The notes below the pieces were generated by a model that made no database searches, was not told the DNA's origin, and saw only the letters and a program-made list of their open reading frames with translations. Position numbers and translations under genes: made by a program. From the human T2T-CHM13v2.0 reference genome, Homo sapiens, in assembly GCF_009914755.1 (NCBI RefSeq), contig NC_060929.1: a DNA stretch of 64,000 bases, one strand, 5' to 3'. Shown piece by piece: positions 39,276-52,349 of this stretch (its first letter is position 1; each line of letters starts with the position of its first letter).

Positions 39276-39910
39276 CCCATGCCTGGGGCCTGTCAGCCAC
39301 ATTCTCCATGGCTCCCTCCTTCTAACAGGGACAGGGGCAGGCAGGGAATCTAAATTCCCAGGTCAAGGAGTTTATTTGGGAGCCCCAGGCAGGGCTGTGA
39401 GAATTAGCTACCACTGCCCCTAGATGGGGAAAGCTGCCTGGGTGCTGTTGGTACCTAGAACCTAAGCTTTTGCCTACTGATAGACTCTAAGGAGAACGGT
39501 GTATTGAGAGCTCCACGAGTCCTGCTGTAGTGCCTAATCATGTGAGGGATTTTGCTGGATCCAAAGGAATCTCAACTAAGAAAGTTTCTGGAATAAGGAG
39601 GGAAGCCTTGGGTCTAGCCTCGCTAGAGGGTGGGAGCTACCTGCAGGGAAAGCTGCTGACTTCCTATTATGTCAAACCCAGGCAAATAACTGGAGCTTAG
39701 GCAGTTGGCCCCCAGAATTGCTTATTCTCCCCCAGGCCTCCCTCTGGGGCTGGTTTTCTGGCTGTAGCAGGAGGTATGTGTTCTCTGAGTGGGAAAGGAG
39801 TGGGGTCAGGGTCAGGGCGGAAACCCGGGAATTTAGATTCCCTGCCTGTCCCTGTCCCTGTTAGAAGGAGGGAGCCATGGAGAATGTGGCTGACAGGCCC
39901 CAGGCATGGG
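39276..39910. repeat. Inverted repeat: 84-bp arms (39276-39359 and 39827-39910), 467-bp spacer
   Basis: Arms are reverse complements with one mismatch; the ORF track shows MENVADRPQAW on both strands. Confidence 0.95.
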
Positions 39911-42409
39911 AGAGCTTAGGCCAGCCTGTATGTGTGTGTGCAGAAGGGGACTGCACATGTGTTCAGGAGCTTGAGAGTGAGAATTGTGAGCATGTACACT
40001 CCTTAGTGTTTATGCATCAGGGTGTGATGCATAAACACGAAGGCTCTGTAGCCTTTGAAGAACAGGATCAGATCTGGGTTTGAATCACAAGACCATGGGT
40101 TTTCAGTTGGGCAATAAACTTATCTGTCTTTTGCTTTGATTTTCTCATCTAGAAAACGGGCACTTGGTCACCAGCCTGACCCATAGGCAATGCTTGGTGG
40201 AAAATGACCTTATCAAATTAAAGGGTTGTGACCGTGGGTGCTTATGGTTCAGGGAGGTAGGCCTGGACAGTGAGACATCTTTCTTGGATTCCTGTACATG
40301 CTAGAGGTTTGCCCTCCTTTGAGCTGGGCTAGCTCCTGGGACATCCAGGGACCTGGGGAAGACTGGCTGGGCCCTTTTGCAGCCTATGGCTCACATGCCC
40401 ACTTGTTAAGGCCTGCAAGAGTGTGCCCACAAACAGGGTGAGCAGGCAGAATAATGGCCATGGCTAGCCAGACTGTGTGTCCTTGCCCAGTGTCTGTCTG
40501 TCCTTCCCCTTACCTTGGGGGACAAAAGGGAATCCAGTTGTCCTGCCTGGTGAATAAAAGCCTGGGGTTGGGGGAGGATTTGCCTCCAGCCACGGAGGAG
40601 GGGTATGCTGTGGAAGGAGGCCAGATCTCCCCCAGCTGTTTCCCAGCTCTGTTTGAAGGGGAAGGGAGAGGGATAAATGACTGGGTGATTGTGGCACCTA
40701 CAGCCAGCATCTTTCCTCTCCACATTCTAGGTCACAGGCCCACACCTCTCTCCCTAGTCAAAGAGAGCCTCTGTGAGGGGGTTGAAGGGTGTCTTGGATC
40801 TGTGGGCAGGACTTGGGATCTGGGCACAGAGAGGTTGGGGAATTAACAAAGGTCACACAGCCAGGCAAAACTAGGGAATGTGGGGAGTCATTCTAGACAG
40901 GACCTTTAGGGGGAGCTCCCTGGCTACAAGAGATTTCCTGGAAGCCCTTGGGTGGGCCCAGGCCTGAACTGAGGAAGTGAGGGCTACAGCCCAGCTGGCC
41001 TTGCACTGGAACCACAGGAGTGGCCTTTAAGGGTGTGCTGAAGGACTGATGAATCTTGGCCCTGTTCCCACACACATGCACCACTGGGAATGGGAGTGGG
41101 GAGATTGCTGAGCTCTGGGGCCAGCCCTGTTTCCTGCTTTGGATTTGGAATGGGGAGAGCCTTTCTGGGGACTGAAACTGGTGCTTCAGCTTCTCTAGGG
41201 GGAAATGGAGAAATGGAAAGGGGGACTGACAAGGGATAGTCCTTAAGGAGTTTATTTGGGAGGCTCTGGGTCCCTTTGTAACTAGGTGGGTGACCTTTAG
41301 GAGGGAAGTGCTTTGTGTTCTACAGCTTTCTGAGAGTGGCAGGAAATGGGGCCAGTAGCAGTGCACACTAGTTGGGTTGCACCTGGTGAGAGATTAGGGG
41401 TGGTTTCCCCACCAAGGTCTCTGAGCCAGAGCTTTCAGCTGCATGAGCACAGCCTGCTCCCCCTGTGGAGGGGATTCTGGGGTGGGTGTGGTTGTATACT
41501 GGGGGAAGTGAGAATGTGGCCTCTCTGTGGGTGAGTGCAGCACCGTGAATTGTGTTTGTAACACTTGAGTTGTGTTTCCCAGGTGTATGTGATGGCAGAA
41601 CTAGTTTTGCTGCTGGGGTGAATCAGGTTCCTGGAAGGGACTGGACTAACATGGAGAGAATGATGCTAAGTAGTTACAGTCATTATTATATACACATGAC
41701 TTAGTAGTATAGAACCATTAGCAATGACCAAGACCACCTGTGTGTCGAGTGCTTACCATGTGCCTGGTGCTGTGCTAAGCACCTCACCTGCAGTGGCTCA
41801 TTTAGTCCTGTCAGAACCCTGCAAGTTCATGCTGGTTTGCCTGGTGTTTGTTTATTGTGCCATGTTGGGTGGGGTATAATTTTATTCAAGTTGGAAGATG
41901 CAAAACAGCTTTATCCCTCTCTTAGTTACTGGGGTGCAACTTATGGCAGCATTTGCCCCTGTCATATTCTATACTTGGGCTCCTGGTCCCATCCTTTTGC
42001 CAGTATGGGCACCATTGTGTTGTACAACGTAGAGACCTAATTTGACAATGTTCTTTGAGGTAGTGGTGATGGATGATATGACTATATGACTTTTTTGCTT
42101 TGTTGTGTGACTGTTGTGCACCCAAAGTATGTAACTCCCTACTGCTGTGTGGTTGAGACCAGCTACTATATGACTCATTTTGTGTCCCGGTGATATTGTA
42201 GGTGTCTAGTGTAGGGACATCTGTTGTGGTATGGTGAACTGGTTGTGAATAGTGTGACTGTATGTTGTATCATTAGGTGTGTCTGACCCTGTTGTGTCCT
42301 GTTCTGACTTGTGTCAGAGACTGTTGTGGTGTCACTCCGTGTGGTGAGCGTGCCTCCTTTGTGGTGTGGGTGGCCTATGGTGGTGCTTCCTTTCACAAAT
42401 TGTGTGTCC

Positions 42410-43510
42410 GTGTGACACCCCCCCCCCCTCAGCCGCTGTGCCCCTTTGCGGGTCAGTGTGTTGTTTGACCTCGGCCGCGGGTGCCCCCACCCCTGCCGGC
42501 CCCGCCGCCCCTCCCCCGCACCGTCCGCCCGCGCCGCGCGGCGATCGATCGCCATTGATTGTCCCTGACGAGCTGCTCCACTTTCCAGCCAATGTCAGGA
42601 GGGGGGATCTCCGCCGCCCTGGCGGTGTCATTTCCACACACTCCCTGGGCTGCCGCCAGCGCGGGCGCCTCGAAGAGCCGGCCTGGATCGCCCGGAGCTC
42701 GGGCTGGACCGCCCACACCGCGCGAGGAAGCCCCCGATGGCGTGGCCCGACCCCAGTCTGCCGGCCTGCCCGCCCTAGGCCTCTGCACCCAAGCCCCCTT
42801 CCCAGCGCTGGTGGATGTTGTCACCACAGGAGTTTAAGCTGGGCCGGGTATGGGGAGGGACGCTGTGTCGGGTGCGCCCTGCGCTTGCCCTGGTGGGGGC
42901 GCGGGGCTGTTTCCGGCGGGCGGAGGCGCCAGCAGGCCAACTTTGCCGCGGCCCAAACAGATGCTAATGATTTTCCGGGAGGCGCCGGTTATCTCTGGCC
43001 CCAGCCGGCCGGTGTGCTGGGACTGGGCTCCCGGCACAGACACCACCTCGCCCCCCACCCTCACCCTCCTGAGCCCCACCTAATAACCACTTGTCCCCGA
43101 GTGGACGGGTTGGGGGGGCGTCGGGGGGAGTCCGCAGGCTGCCCCGGGTGTCCTGGAACTGTTGCTGTGTGGGATTATTTGCGCCTCCTCCACCCAGGAT
43201 GCTACCGTCTTTCTGAGCACTTCGCAAAGCCAAACACACACCCGAGCACGGGAAACTGAGGTTCATAGAAGCTCGGCCCAAGGTCATGCCGACCCATTCC
43301 CTGCTCAGCTGAGTGGGTCACCCTCTGAAAACCATCCCGTCGGAGGACCCGCAGCCCCCTGTCCCCTTCTCGCTCAGGGGCCTGAGCCAGTTTCCAGACT
43401 CCCCGGTTGGAAGTGCTGACGTGGCTCTGGGCAGCTGTCTGGGGCCGGGAAGCGGGGCAGATGTCACGCAGCCCAGGGGAGGAGGCGGCTCCGCGGGGAG
43501 GACAGGCTGG
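42410..43510. promoter_or_regulatory. Intergenic (orphan) CpG island
   Basis: Abrupt high GC and CpG density, GC boxes, CCAAT at ~42589, no credible coding exon. Confidence 0.8.
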
Positions 43511-44643
43511 GCCTCAGGCCTGGCAAGACTGCCTCCTCCCCCTAGGGCCTGGCTCTGCCCGCCTGGGGCTGGGGCACAGCCATGGGCCAGGCTGACCTGC
43601 TTCCAAGTCTAGCTCCAGCTCTTCGGTGTGGCTACCCGCAAGTGCTAGAGCCTCTCTCAGCCCCTTTCTCTCCTGCTAGAGAATAACAGCACCTGCTTTG
43701 AGTGGGTGTGGTCCTCTAGTGAAAGAGGTGTGCAAAGCCCAGCCCAGTGCCGGGCACACTGTTCCTGCTCAATAAATATCAGCTGCTAATATTACTGTTG
43801 TTGTCTCTGCAAGTAGGAACTTGGTGTGTCTAAATGCAAAACTGAATCCTGAGGGTGCAAACCAGCTTCAGAGGTCGTTCCAGCCAGCCTCCTGCCTCAC
43901 TGCCCCTGGCCCTCTGCATTTCTCATGCCTGTCTAGCTTTGTGCCTTCCTGCTGCACTGTCAGCCCCTCTTGGCTTTGCCTACTGCCAAGCTGACCCCTC
44001 CTCCGTCTCTAATCCATGTGGTTCCCTCCTATCTGGCGGCCACATTGGGTCCCTCGAGCAGCACAGCCCCCTGGGAACAGCAATCGATGGGGCGGAACAG
44101 CCTCCCTGACAGATGGACCCACGGAGGCTGGGCTGCTTCAGCAGAGCTCCCTAGGAAACCGGAGACAGGAGCCGAGCCACCATGGCTGCCTCCTAAATAG
44201 AAATGAAAGGCAGTGGGCAGATGAGGAGGAGGAGGAGGCCAGAGCTTCCAACCAGCCCCCTGGAGGGGCTGGAGAGCCCCTACCCTTTTCCATAGTCCTA
44301 AAATCCCCGTGTGGGGAGGGCTTTGTAGAGTATGCCTGGAGGTGGGACTTGTGAGCCCCTCTCCACACGCAGGTGAAGAGCTTTGCCAGGCCCTCCATCG
44401 TGGACACCTTTTCTAATAAGCCCAGAGGCTGGTGTGTGGGTAGGGGGTGCAGGCAGGCAGCTTACCACATTCCTAGGGCCACAAAGGGCCTTGGAAGTCA
44501 GAATGGCAGAAGGGCCTTCTCTGCCTGTGGGGGTGGGAGATGATGAGCCCTGGCCCCTGCATGTGTGGTGGGGGATGGAGAATGCCTCCTGCTACCTTCC
44601 ATACTCCCAGATCAGTCAGGGAATTCCTTCCAGGGTTTAACCT

Positions 44644-44793
44644 GGGATTTCTCAACTTCACACTATTGACATTTTGGGCCATTTAATTCTTTATCTTTTG
44701 CATTGTAGGATGTCAGTAATGGTAGTGACAACCAAAAATGTCTCCAGACATTGCCAAACATTCCCTGGGAGGTTCTCTAGTTTAGAACCACTG
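44644..44793 (-). mobile_element. MER20-like (hAT-Charlie) DNA transposon, internally deleted
   Basis: GTGACAACCAAAAATGTCTCCAGACATTGCCAAA and terminal AGAACCACTG are the reverse complement of the recalled MER20 5' end. Confidence 0.75.
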
Positions 44794-47700
44794 GTCTAAC
44801 CTCAGGACCAGTCCCCTGGAGGAAGTGGTGAGGACTCCCATGGGGATGCCAAAGATCTGCCATAGTAGGGGAGAGAGGCCTTCCAAAACAGCCTTGTCCC
44901 CTGCTGTCTCGGGCCCAGAAGGGTGGGAGATGCCCCCCCCCATCATGGTCCCAACTGCCAGGTTGGAGCAAACCATGCTTGCCTGAGATGGCAGGGCTGT
45001 TGGCGTCACTGCTCAGCTGCGCCAGGCCTGGTGCCAACACCTCACTGCTGAGGCTACGAGTCATGGGGGCGGGGGAGCAGACACGGTCAGTGGGCACTGG
45101 GCTGCCTAGGTGTCCTTCTATCTAGTCAGCTTGAGATAGGGTTAGCCAGCATGGATGACCAGCCTTTTCCCTTCCCGTGGCACCCTGGCAGTGTCTCTGC
45201 TGCCTCCCTCTAGGTCGGTTTTGGGCTGGTGTTGGGGCTGGCAGAGCTAGTGGGGGCTACTGCTACTGCCGAGTAAGAGAGAGGATTATGGACACAGGTC
45301 CTGCCGGCCCAACCAGCTGACAGCTGGGCCACCTGAGCACTGAGCAACTGTCCCCTCCAGGAAGGTGGGAGGGAGGAAGGCACTATGGGTTGGCTAAACG
45401 GTACAGAGTCCCCTAACTCACAGCCTTTAAACCAGGGGGTTGGGGAGGGGGCTCCCTCTGGAGACATTTTCTTCCTCTTCCTGCCCAGGAAGACAGGAGG
45501 GAAAGCACTCTAGTGCACAGTCTCACTGCCGGGAAGTTCCTATATCTGTCTAACCTACTTCTTTTCTTCCTATAGCATCAGCCCTATAATGGCCTGCAAG
45601 CTCTGACCCCAGCAGAAACTGGGCCCAGCATTGCAGGCTTTCTGGCCAGGGTGTGCCCTCATTCCTGGGGAAGATAACTCATCCATGGGAGAAATCTCAG
45701 TCAGAATACAGCTCGATGGATCCCTGTGTGTGGGGAGGAATGAGGGTGCCTCAGTGGACAGGGCTGGGGGATGGAGAGGAGCATTGGTGCCAGTTGACAG
45801 ACTGCCCCAAGACACACTGAACCCAGCACCAGCCTAGGGGGTCCCAGGGCAGGGAGGAAGAAGTGACTGGGAGGTGGGCAGTGGCTTTGTAATCAGAGAT
45901 GGCCTGGCGGGCTAAGGCGGCAGCTTGGGGCTGGGGTTTAAAATAGCGCCTTGGCCTGGCTAGGACCTGCCCGGGATCGGGTTCGGGTCACCCGCAAGGC
46001 AGTGTGGCCACCACCATCCGGCTCGGGTTTCTTGCCTTCCCAGATGATTTGGCGGTGGAGGAGGGGGCTCACCCAGGCAGATGGATCTAAGGAAAGGAAT
46101 CCAGGTGTGGCCACTAGAGCCCCCACAGCAGGCCCTGGTCCATCTCTCTTTTTCCTGTGCCCTTCCCCCCGACATGGAACAGACTTGGTCCAGCCACATC
46201 CCGATGCCTTCCCTAAACATTTAGCACCAACTGGGACCAGGCCCTGGACAGCATGGAGATGGGTAAGGCCTTATCCCTCTCCTGAGCCCCAGGAGTGCAC
46301 AGAGGGAGAGATCAGTATGCATTGTGATCCTGTCGCTCCCATGTTTCACTGATGTCCCAGACTGACTCTGAAAGTCCCTAGGCCTGAGGAAAAAAAACCC
46401 CTCCCAGGCTGCAGCAAGAGCGGAAGGTGGAGCCTCAGGTAAGCCTTCCACCTGAGAAAATGGCTGCAGTGGGGAGGGGAAGATGTCCTCAAAAGCTAGT
46501 GATCATCCTAGAACATTCCCTAGGATGGTCCACTCCCCTAGTGTTCCCTGGAGGGAGTGACCAAACAGAGTGATCTCCCCCATCCCTCACCCCTCCAGCA
46601 AAGATCTCAGGCATAGGTCTAAGAGTGTATTCTGGTAATTCTGTCTCCAAGTAGGGTGCCCACTTCCTCAGGCCAACTCAAGGAACAGGGAAAGGGATCA
46701 GGGGATATGAAGGGGGTGTCCCCTCTTTAGTATTTCAAGGGAAGTAGATAGTTACAGCCCTACCATTCCCCATTAGGCCATTTGAAAGGGAAAAAAGTTA
46801 CTTCCAACAATAAACAGTTCCATCTAACCACAGCCCCACTGCTGCACTCTCCCTTGCTGTAGTCTCTGGGCCTCTGGACACAGTTGCAGTCTCTGGGCAG
46901 TGGCCTTTGGAGCCTGGCAGGTAGGGATTCTCTTCACTTTCTCCTCCTTCCCCTGGATTGAGGTGGGTGACACAGGAGGCCAGCCAGCTCAGGACCAGAT
47001 CCCCTCTCTCTAGCTGGAGCAATAGCCAGCCCTCCTGACGGAGCTCACATATATCTAAAACATCGTCTTGTAGATCTTAATGATTTCTCAACAGCCCCTG
47101 ATTGAAGCATGCCCAATTTAGCAATGCCGTAAGTAACTTTTTATATTTCCTTAGGGAATCATTTCACTTATGAATCTTTTCTGAATCTGCAATCTCGATT
47201 AAAAGTTGATGTTGTTTTTTCTCGTCTCCTCGGCTTCTGAGATGCCTCCCTAGTGAAAAGGGTGGTAGCACCATCAATCCTCCTCATTAGTCTGTCTGGA
47301 GAATTTTTCTTGAGGGTGGGGTGGGGGACAGCAACCAAGTCTCCTCTGTCGTGGCACCTAGCGGGGTGTGACCTGGGGGAGGGTTGCCCTCGGGGAGGGG
47401 CTCGGAGAGGTGGGGGGGGCATTGACCGTCTCCTGCCCACATACACTCCCCCATCTGCCCCCATCTCAGGGGCCCCTGACAGTGTTTCCGTGGGAGAGAG
47501 GGGTTGTCCAGCCCATTCTGCCTTTAGGGTGTGTCCTCACACCTGTAGCTTAGGAATTTGAGGAGAGGGCTGAACCCCATTCAAGGCTCAGCTTGATAGC
47601 ACAAAACTGGACCAAATCCAAGCTCTTTCCTGTACAGCCGCCATAGCCTGGGTGAATCAGTCATTCCCCTCTCAGAGCCTCAGTTTACTTATTTGCAAAG

Positions 47701-50529
47701 TGGGAATGAGATTGCTAAACAGATGACCTAGCATGCTGGTGAAGGGATCACTTAACACAGTGCCTCTACAAAGGGTCCTGTCCCAATTCTGAACAGTATC
47801 TAGTTCTTTTCCTCATCTCATTCACCTTCTAGTCCTGGTGACGCCTTTGAGGTGGAGTGAGTGGGTCTGGCATAATTATCTCCAGGAGGAGAAAGGACTG
47901 GTGGGATTGGGACTTGCCCAGGGGTTGCCCCAGGAAGCCCACCCAGAGGCCTGCCTCTCCTGAGAGGCAAAGGGCAGGGATGCAAGACGGCTGGATGGCA
48001 GACGAGGATGAAAAGCTTCCGGATTCGAAGGAAGCAGCGTCCCCACAGAAAGCCCTCCTGCTCCCCTCCCTGTTGCTAGCTGGGGGAAGGACTTGCCCAG
48101 GTGCTGGGACGTCTGGCTCTGACCTCTAACCTTTGACTTCTGGGCTGGGATGGGCATTCTCAGGACCAGAGTCATGACTGGGGGTGGGGCCCAGGGCACC
48201 CAGCGGCGGCTGGGCTCTGGGAGTTAACGATTTACGAGGGGCCCTTTCTTGAGGCCTCCCTCCTCCCAGGCCTGGCAGGCAACCCGTGACTGCCCAGGCG
48301 GCTAGACACAGAACCAGTCTCACCAGTTCAAAGAGCAGTTCATCCCGGGCCCACCCCCAAGCACTGTCTGAGCACCCCATTCCTTGGAGTCTGAAGGGAA
48401 GGGCAGAGTAGGGGGTGGTAGCTGGGGTCTTGGGGCCCCAGGTCTGAAGAGAAAGAGGCTGGGCCATTTTCGGAAGTCTCAGTGCGGGCCATTTCTGACC
48501 CTGCACTGCCCTCCAGGACCAGATTTGTAGAGAGGAGGCTGAGCCCCACCCTGCCTCCTCCAGCAGGCCTCCCCCACACCACCACACCCTAGCCTTCAGG
48601 CTTTGGGTCGGGCAGGGCACTTTCAGGGCAGGCTGGCTTCTCCTGCCCAGGGCACCCCTCCTCCAGGTGCAGGGCTCCAGATTGGGACACTGTGCCTCTG
48701 CCTCCCCTAAGGCCCCATTCAGTTACCTCCCCACCTCTCAGCAATGCTCTCCCTCCCTCTTCCTGAAGTGTGGCAGGGAGGCTGGAGCCACAGCTTTGGC
48801 CTCTGGGAGCACTCAGTCCCACTCCCATAGGACAGAGTTGAACCATGATTGTGTCTAGAGAAGCCAAGGGTTATTGTCAGGGGCACAACAGCCCCCAAAC
48901 TGTCCCTCTCCCCATCAATATCCCATATACAGGCTGAGTTCCCTGTGCCTCACTGAGAACAGGGCTGTATCTGGTTGTCTATGGCGTGTATGTAGCTGTG
49001 CCTGGGCAATGGGAAATATAGCTTGCTTCCTGCTTTCTCTCAGCCTCTGTCCCCAGAGTCATTTTGTTCTGGGACTGGAGTCTTCCTTCTGTCCTCATCC
49101 CTTCCCCTCTGTTTACACAGGTCAAGGCCAGGCATTGGCCACCAAACTGACTTCTCAGGAATGGGCAAGCCTGGGTTACTTGAGAGACTTGGCTTTTTGA
49201 ATTTTCATTTCACAGCTCTCTGCTCCTTCAGACGTCATGGGGGTGGGGTGGGGAGGACCTAAAGTCCAGTGGTCAGTGCGTGAGGGCCCAGACCCAAAGG
49301 CCCGGGGCCACAGTCTGGTGCGGTTAGGCTCCTCCCTGCCTCTGCCCGTGTTTGCACCCCCAGGCCTGCCCTGGGATTTTGGCTGAGGTCACAGTCCAGC
49401 ATGACCCCACTGAACACTATCCTGTGCCCTGCCCCAGCAGGCAGGGTTTCAAATGCCTTTGCTCCCATCCTTTGTGATACAGGTGACAGAACTGGGGCCC
49501 AAAGAAGGGTAAACCTTAGACTGAGTTCCAAATTGGCCATCTTTATTGGAGATCCTAACTCCCACACTCCTCTCCATGTGGCCATTTCCAGTCACTGGAT
49601 GTTTAATCAATGACAGATATTAGCAGATAAATGGCAGTCATGGAAAATGCCTCAGACAAGGCATGGATTGAAATCCTGGTTTTGCTACTTTGTAACCTCA
49701 CACAGGTGTCCAAGCCTGTGGATTTAATAAGCCTATGTTCAAAAAGCAATTAGCATGGTCCCTGACAAGCAAGAGCTCAGAAAGATTCTGGCTACAATTG
49801 TTATTACTGGTACCTCTTTGGAGGCCAAGCTTCGGGCCCAAGGCAGGTAGGGGACTCCTCCTTACCTTCAAAGAATTTTCATGGCGGGAGGTGGTGGCGA
49901 GGGGACAAGTAGTGAGATGAGCAAATAAAAGCTATTTCTGTGCATTGTGGTCACTGTGGCCATAGGAGGGGTCCCAAAGCCAGATGAAGGACCCAAAGCC
50001 AGGCCACAGAGTACATCTGTCCTGTGCATGCACTGCAAAAAGGCACCTAGCAAAGGGAGCTAGGAAGCTGAAAGGCAGTCTGTGACCTCCTTCATGGTTT
50101 CCTGTATCTGCCAAAAGTGGGTACCTTTTTCTGATTTGCACAAAGGCTAGTGGTGGCCCTGTAGGTATGGCCCAAACTCAGGCTGGAAGTGGCAGTCTGA
50201 GATGGTTCCCAGGTGATATGTGCTCCTGGTCTTCCATGAGGAGTTCATGAGGTGAGCTTGATGAGGCCTATCTTGGCAGAGGGAATGGTACATGCAAAGC
50301 TCTGGAAATCTGGAGAGGAGTCTTGGGGTGTCAGAGGGAACTGCCAGTGTTAGATGGCATTGGTCAGCAGGGCCTGGCAGGGAAGAGAGTCAGTTAGGGA
50401 AGCCAGGCTGAGTAGGGTAGTCTGTGAGGAACCACTGCAGGATGTGAAGCAGATGAGCCTCACTGGAGGCTGTGGAAAGCCTCCCTAGAATAGCACATGG
50501 CCTCAGGGGTTTGAGAACAGCTCTGATGC

Positions 50530-50680
50530 CAATCTCATTTCAGTTTCCTCATCTGAATAATGGGGATGACATTATTGCAGGGGCTGCTATAAGGGCTAAA
50601 TAAGATAATGTACCTTAACTGTTTAGCACAATGCCCTGCTCAGGGTAAGGGCTGCACAAATACCAGCCATGGGTATTATC
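50530..50680 (+). mobile_element. MIR fragment (other probable MIR remnants near 22730-22890, 40070-40160, 47650-47750, 59350-59590, 59680-59830)
   Basis: TCAGTTTCCTCATCTG..AATGGGGAT..TAAATAAGATAATG..TTAGCACAATGCC core motif. Confidence 0.65.
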
Positions 50681-52349
50681 AGCAGGATCCAGGAGAGCAC
50701 ACTCCAGGGTCCCGGGTGGACGCACCCCTCCCTAGAAGACAAGGCTGGTGATGCAGGGGCCATCTCCCCCAGCGGTGCTGGAGACTGAAGGAGCTTCTTC
50801 CTGACTTGAAGGCTGATTGGTTCAAAAAACTCAGCAAAAAGTTTAATAGCAAGGTGAGACTTCAATTCTCCTTTTTGAGGTAGGCAGAGGTGGGAGAATA
50901 GTGAACCAAGCTTCCCTTCTTCTTGGGGAAGGGGGCTGTGGTGGGGACAGTCTCACCCAAGGGCAGAGATCCTCACCCCATCCTTCCTGGATGTCCCCCG
51001 CTTGTCTCATTGGCATCTGTGGTGGAGAGTTCTTTGTGGATGGCTTGCACATGACATTTTCTGTTTCTGTAACACTTTCTGTGTGGACAATTCTGTCCTT
51101 TTCCTCTGTGGCTCCCATATGGGTTGGATAGGTGACAGTCTAGGTCTCCCTCCCAAGGTGTTAATTTCCAGCAAGGGAAAACTCCAAGATCCACCCCCTA
51201 AACTGGGCCAGACAAGTCAACACCCCTTCCCTGAGGAAGCCATCACCACTGGGACCACCTGGCCTTCCTCCATTGCAGCCTGTGGATCCCTGGCCTCCCG
51301 CCTGAGTTGGGGGTGGGGGTGGAGGCATAAGTCTGAAAAAAAAGTGGGTAATAGTCAGCAGTTCCCTAAAGTAGAATTACTACCCACCCTCTGCCATGGA
51401 CCCCAGCATAAAGCTTTTTGTGGGGCGTGCATGACCTGACTCTGTACTGGCGTTAGGCTTCAGGAGATCTGTGGAATAGAGTTTGACTTCATGGATCCTA
51501 ACCCTCTGAGACCTGCTGCTGACTCCCAGGGAGCAGGTCCTCCCTCACAGTCTGTGCCTCAGCTTCCCCAGAAAAGGTAGATGGAGGTGAGTTAAATGCT
51601 TGGAGATCCTACACCTGGGCTTTTGCTTCCTTTTTCCTTGCACGGTCAGTGCCCAACACAGTGCCTGACATTCACACTGAGGCCCAGCATACCTATCTTT
51701 AAGCAGTTTGGAAGTGATCTTCTGGGGGTGATGGGCGTCTTAAAACGGTTTCCATAGCAAGCACCTTACTTTTACTCACATGGGATGTTTGTTTGGAGGG
51801 GGGCATTAAAAGGACTGCTGGCAAGGAGGAGAGAGACTAAACGCCTCCCCAAGGGAGCCATTTCTTGGCATAGTAGTTAAGGGAGACCACTTCTCAGCAT
51901 TCGGAAGGAACTGGTTGGGAGCAGGTGTCCACGATGTCTGGGGAGGGGTCACTTCGTGTGGTCTTGGATATCAGGAGTGGCAGAGAGGCAACACATTCCA
52001 GATGAGCTCTGCCCTTTGACACCTCCCCCCACCCCACCCCGGCTGGGTCAAGGCCCCAAGGCCACATATAGAAGGCGTGGAAGGTGGGCACCAGCTGCTG
52101 CTGCCAGGAGATCCATGCTCCATAAGCCCTCGCGCCAGCCTCGGAGACAGCCAGGCTGCGCAGAGCAGAGGAGAGGAAGCAGCGAGGTGGGAGACAGTTT
52201 CGCTTCTCCCACCGAGGCCGCGCCTGTGGCTGCAGGCGCCCGGATCGCCACAGTTAACTCCCTGTTATCTGGGCCCCAATCGATCTCAGGCTGTAACGTT
52301 TAACCCTAGGCTGACTTCCCCAACCGCCCTCCCCCTCTCCCTCCCCTGC

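Noticed and set aside
39127-40083. Two ORFs starting MENVADRPQAW on opposite strands, suggesting paralogous small genes
   Set aside because: The shared N-terminus only reflects the 84-bp inverted repeat; no coding signature beyond it
42366-43259. 297-aa ORF over the orphan CpG island
   Set aside because: GC-driven open frame with a non-ATG start and no domain resemblance
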